64,000 bases of DNA from Podarcis bocagei (taxonomy: Eukaryota): NCBI GenBank assembly GCA_964188305.1, contig OZ076893.1; one strand, 5' to 3'. The position numbers and the translations under genes are program-made. The stretch's first letter is position 1, and each line of letters begins with the position of its first letter. The notes under the pieces were generated by a model. The model saw only the letters and a program-made list of their open reading frames with translations, was not told where the DNA came from and made no database searches. Below are positions 63,698 to 64,000 of this stretch, piece by piece.

Positions 63698-64000
63698 TAA
63701 CTAAACCATTTCTCACCTTCCCACCCCTTGCCTTTTCCTGTAAGACCTATTACAGTCGTTAAGAGTCGTCAAGAGGCTCTCTCAGCTATCTGCCTATCTC
63801 CCATTCCCACCACCCTTCTGAGTAACACCCCTCCCCACCTTCTCACTATATAGAAGGATCTGGCAACTTCTGTTTCAGTGTATCTGAAGAAGTGTGCATG
63901 CACACGAAAGCTCATACCAAGAACTAACTTAGTTGGTCTTTAAGGTGCTACTGGAAGGAATTTTTTTATTTTGACTATGGCAGACCAACACGGCTACCTA
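63698..64000 (+). mobile_element. Penelope-like element pseudo-LTR (runs off window)
   Basis: TATA-like TATATAG at 63847, minimal hammerhead, tail TAAGGTGCTACTGG...GACCAACACGGCTACC characteristic of reptile Penelope-like elements; second copy at 370-446. Confidence 0.8.
63880..63917 (+). ncRNA. Minimal type I hammerhead ribozyme
   Basis: GTAT-CTGAAGA-A-GTGTGCATGCACAC-GAAA-GCTC-ATAC: helix I GTAT/ATAC, palindromic helix II, palindromic AGCT helix III, predicted cut after C63913. Confidence 0.85.

Overview
Vertebrate genomic DNA from a squamate reptile (probably a lacertid lizard, judged from the SINE/LINE families; inference). The window is dominated by the HECT E3 ubiquitin ligase gene UBR5 (EDD/hyd) on the minus strand. 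I traced 58 coding exons by hand (exons 2-59 by human numbering, CDS 7601-62424) with consistent splice phases. Exon 1 lies beyond the right edge, the 5' part of exon 9 falls in a 156-N assembly gap, and intron 29 has a GC donor. A CpG island at 1-300 is most likely the promoter of the downstream neighbour (RRM2B by human synteny; inference). Introns and flanks carry Sauria/Squam2/Squam3 SINEs, CR1, L2, L1, BovB and MIR fragments and hAT/Tc1 MITEs. The least routine signal is self-cleaving RNA. There is an intact minimal hammerhead ribozyme in a young Penelope-like pseudo-LTR (63880-63917) and a 100%-identical 77-bp truncated copy with an 8-bp target-site duplication (370-446). A second, structurally different hammerhead motif (32855-32915) sits in a 285-bp element bounded by perfect 39-bp inverted repeats. 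Both core-containing ribozymes are antisense to UBR5. Hammerheads in Penelope-like elements are a known phenomenon; only the second element might be an undescribed family. I see no evidence for a new protein-coding system. Family names come from recognition, not database searches.
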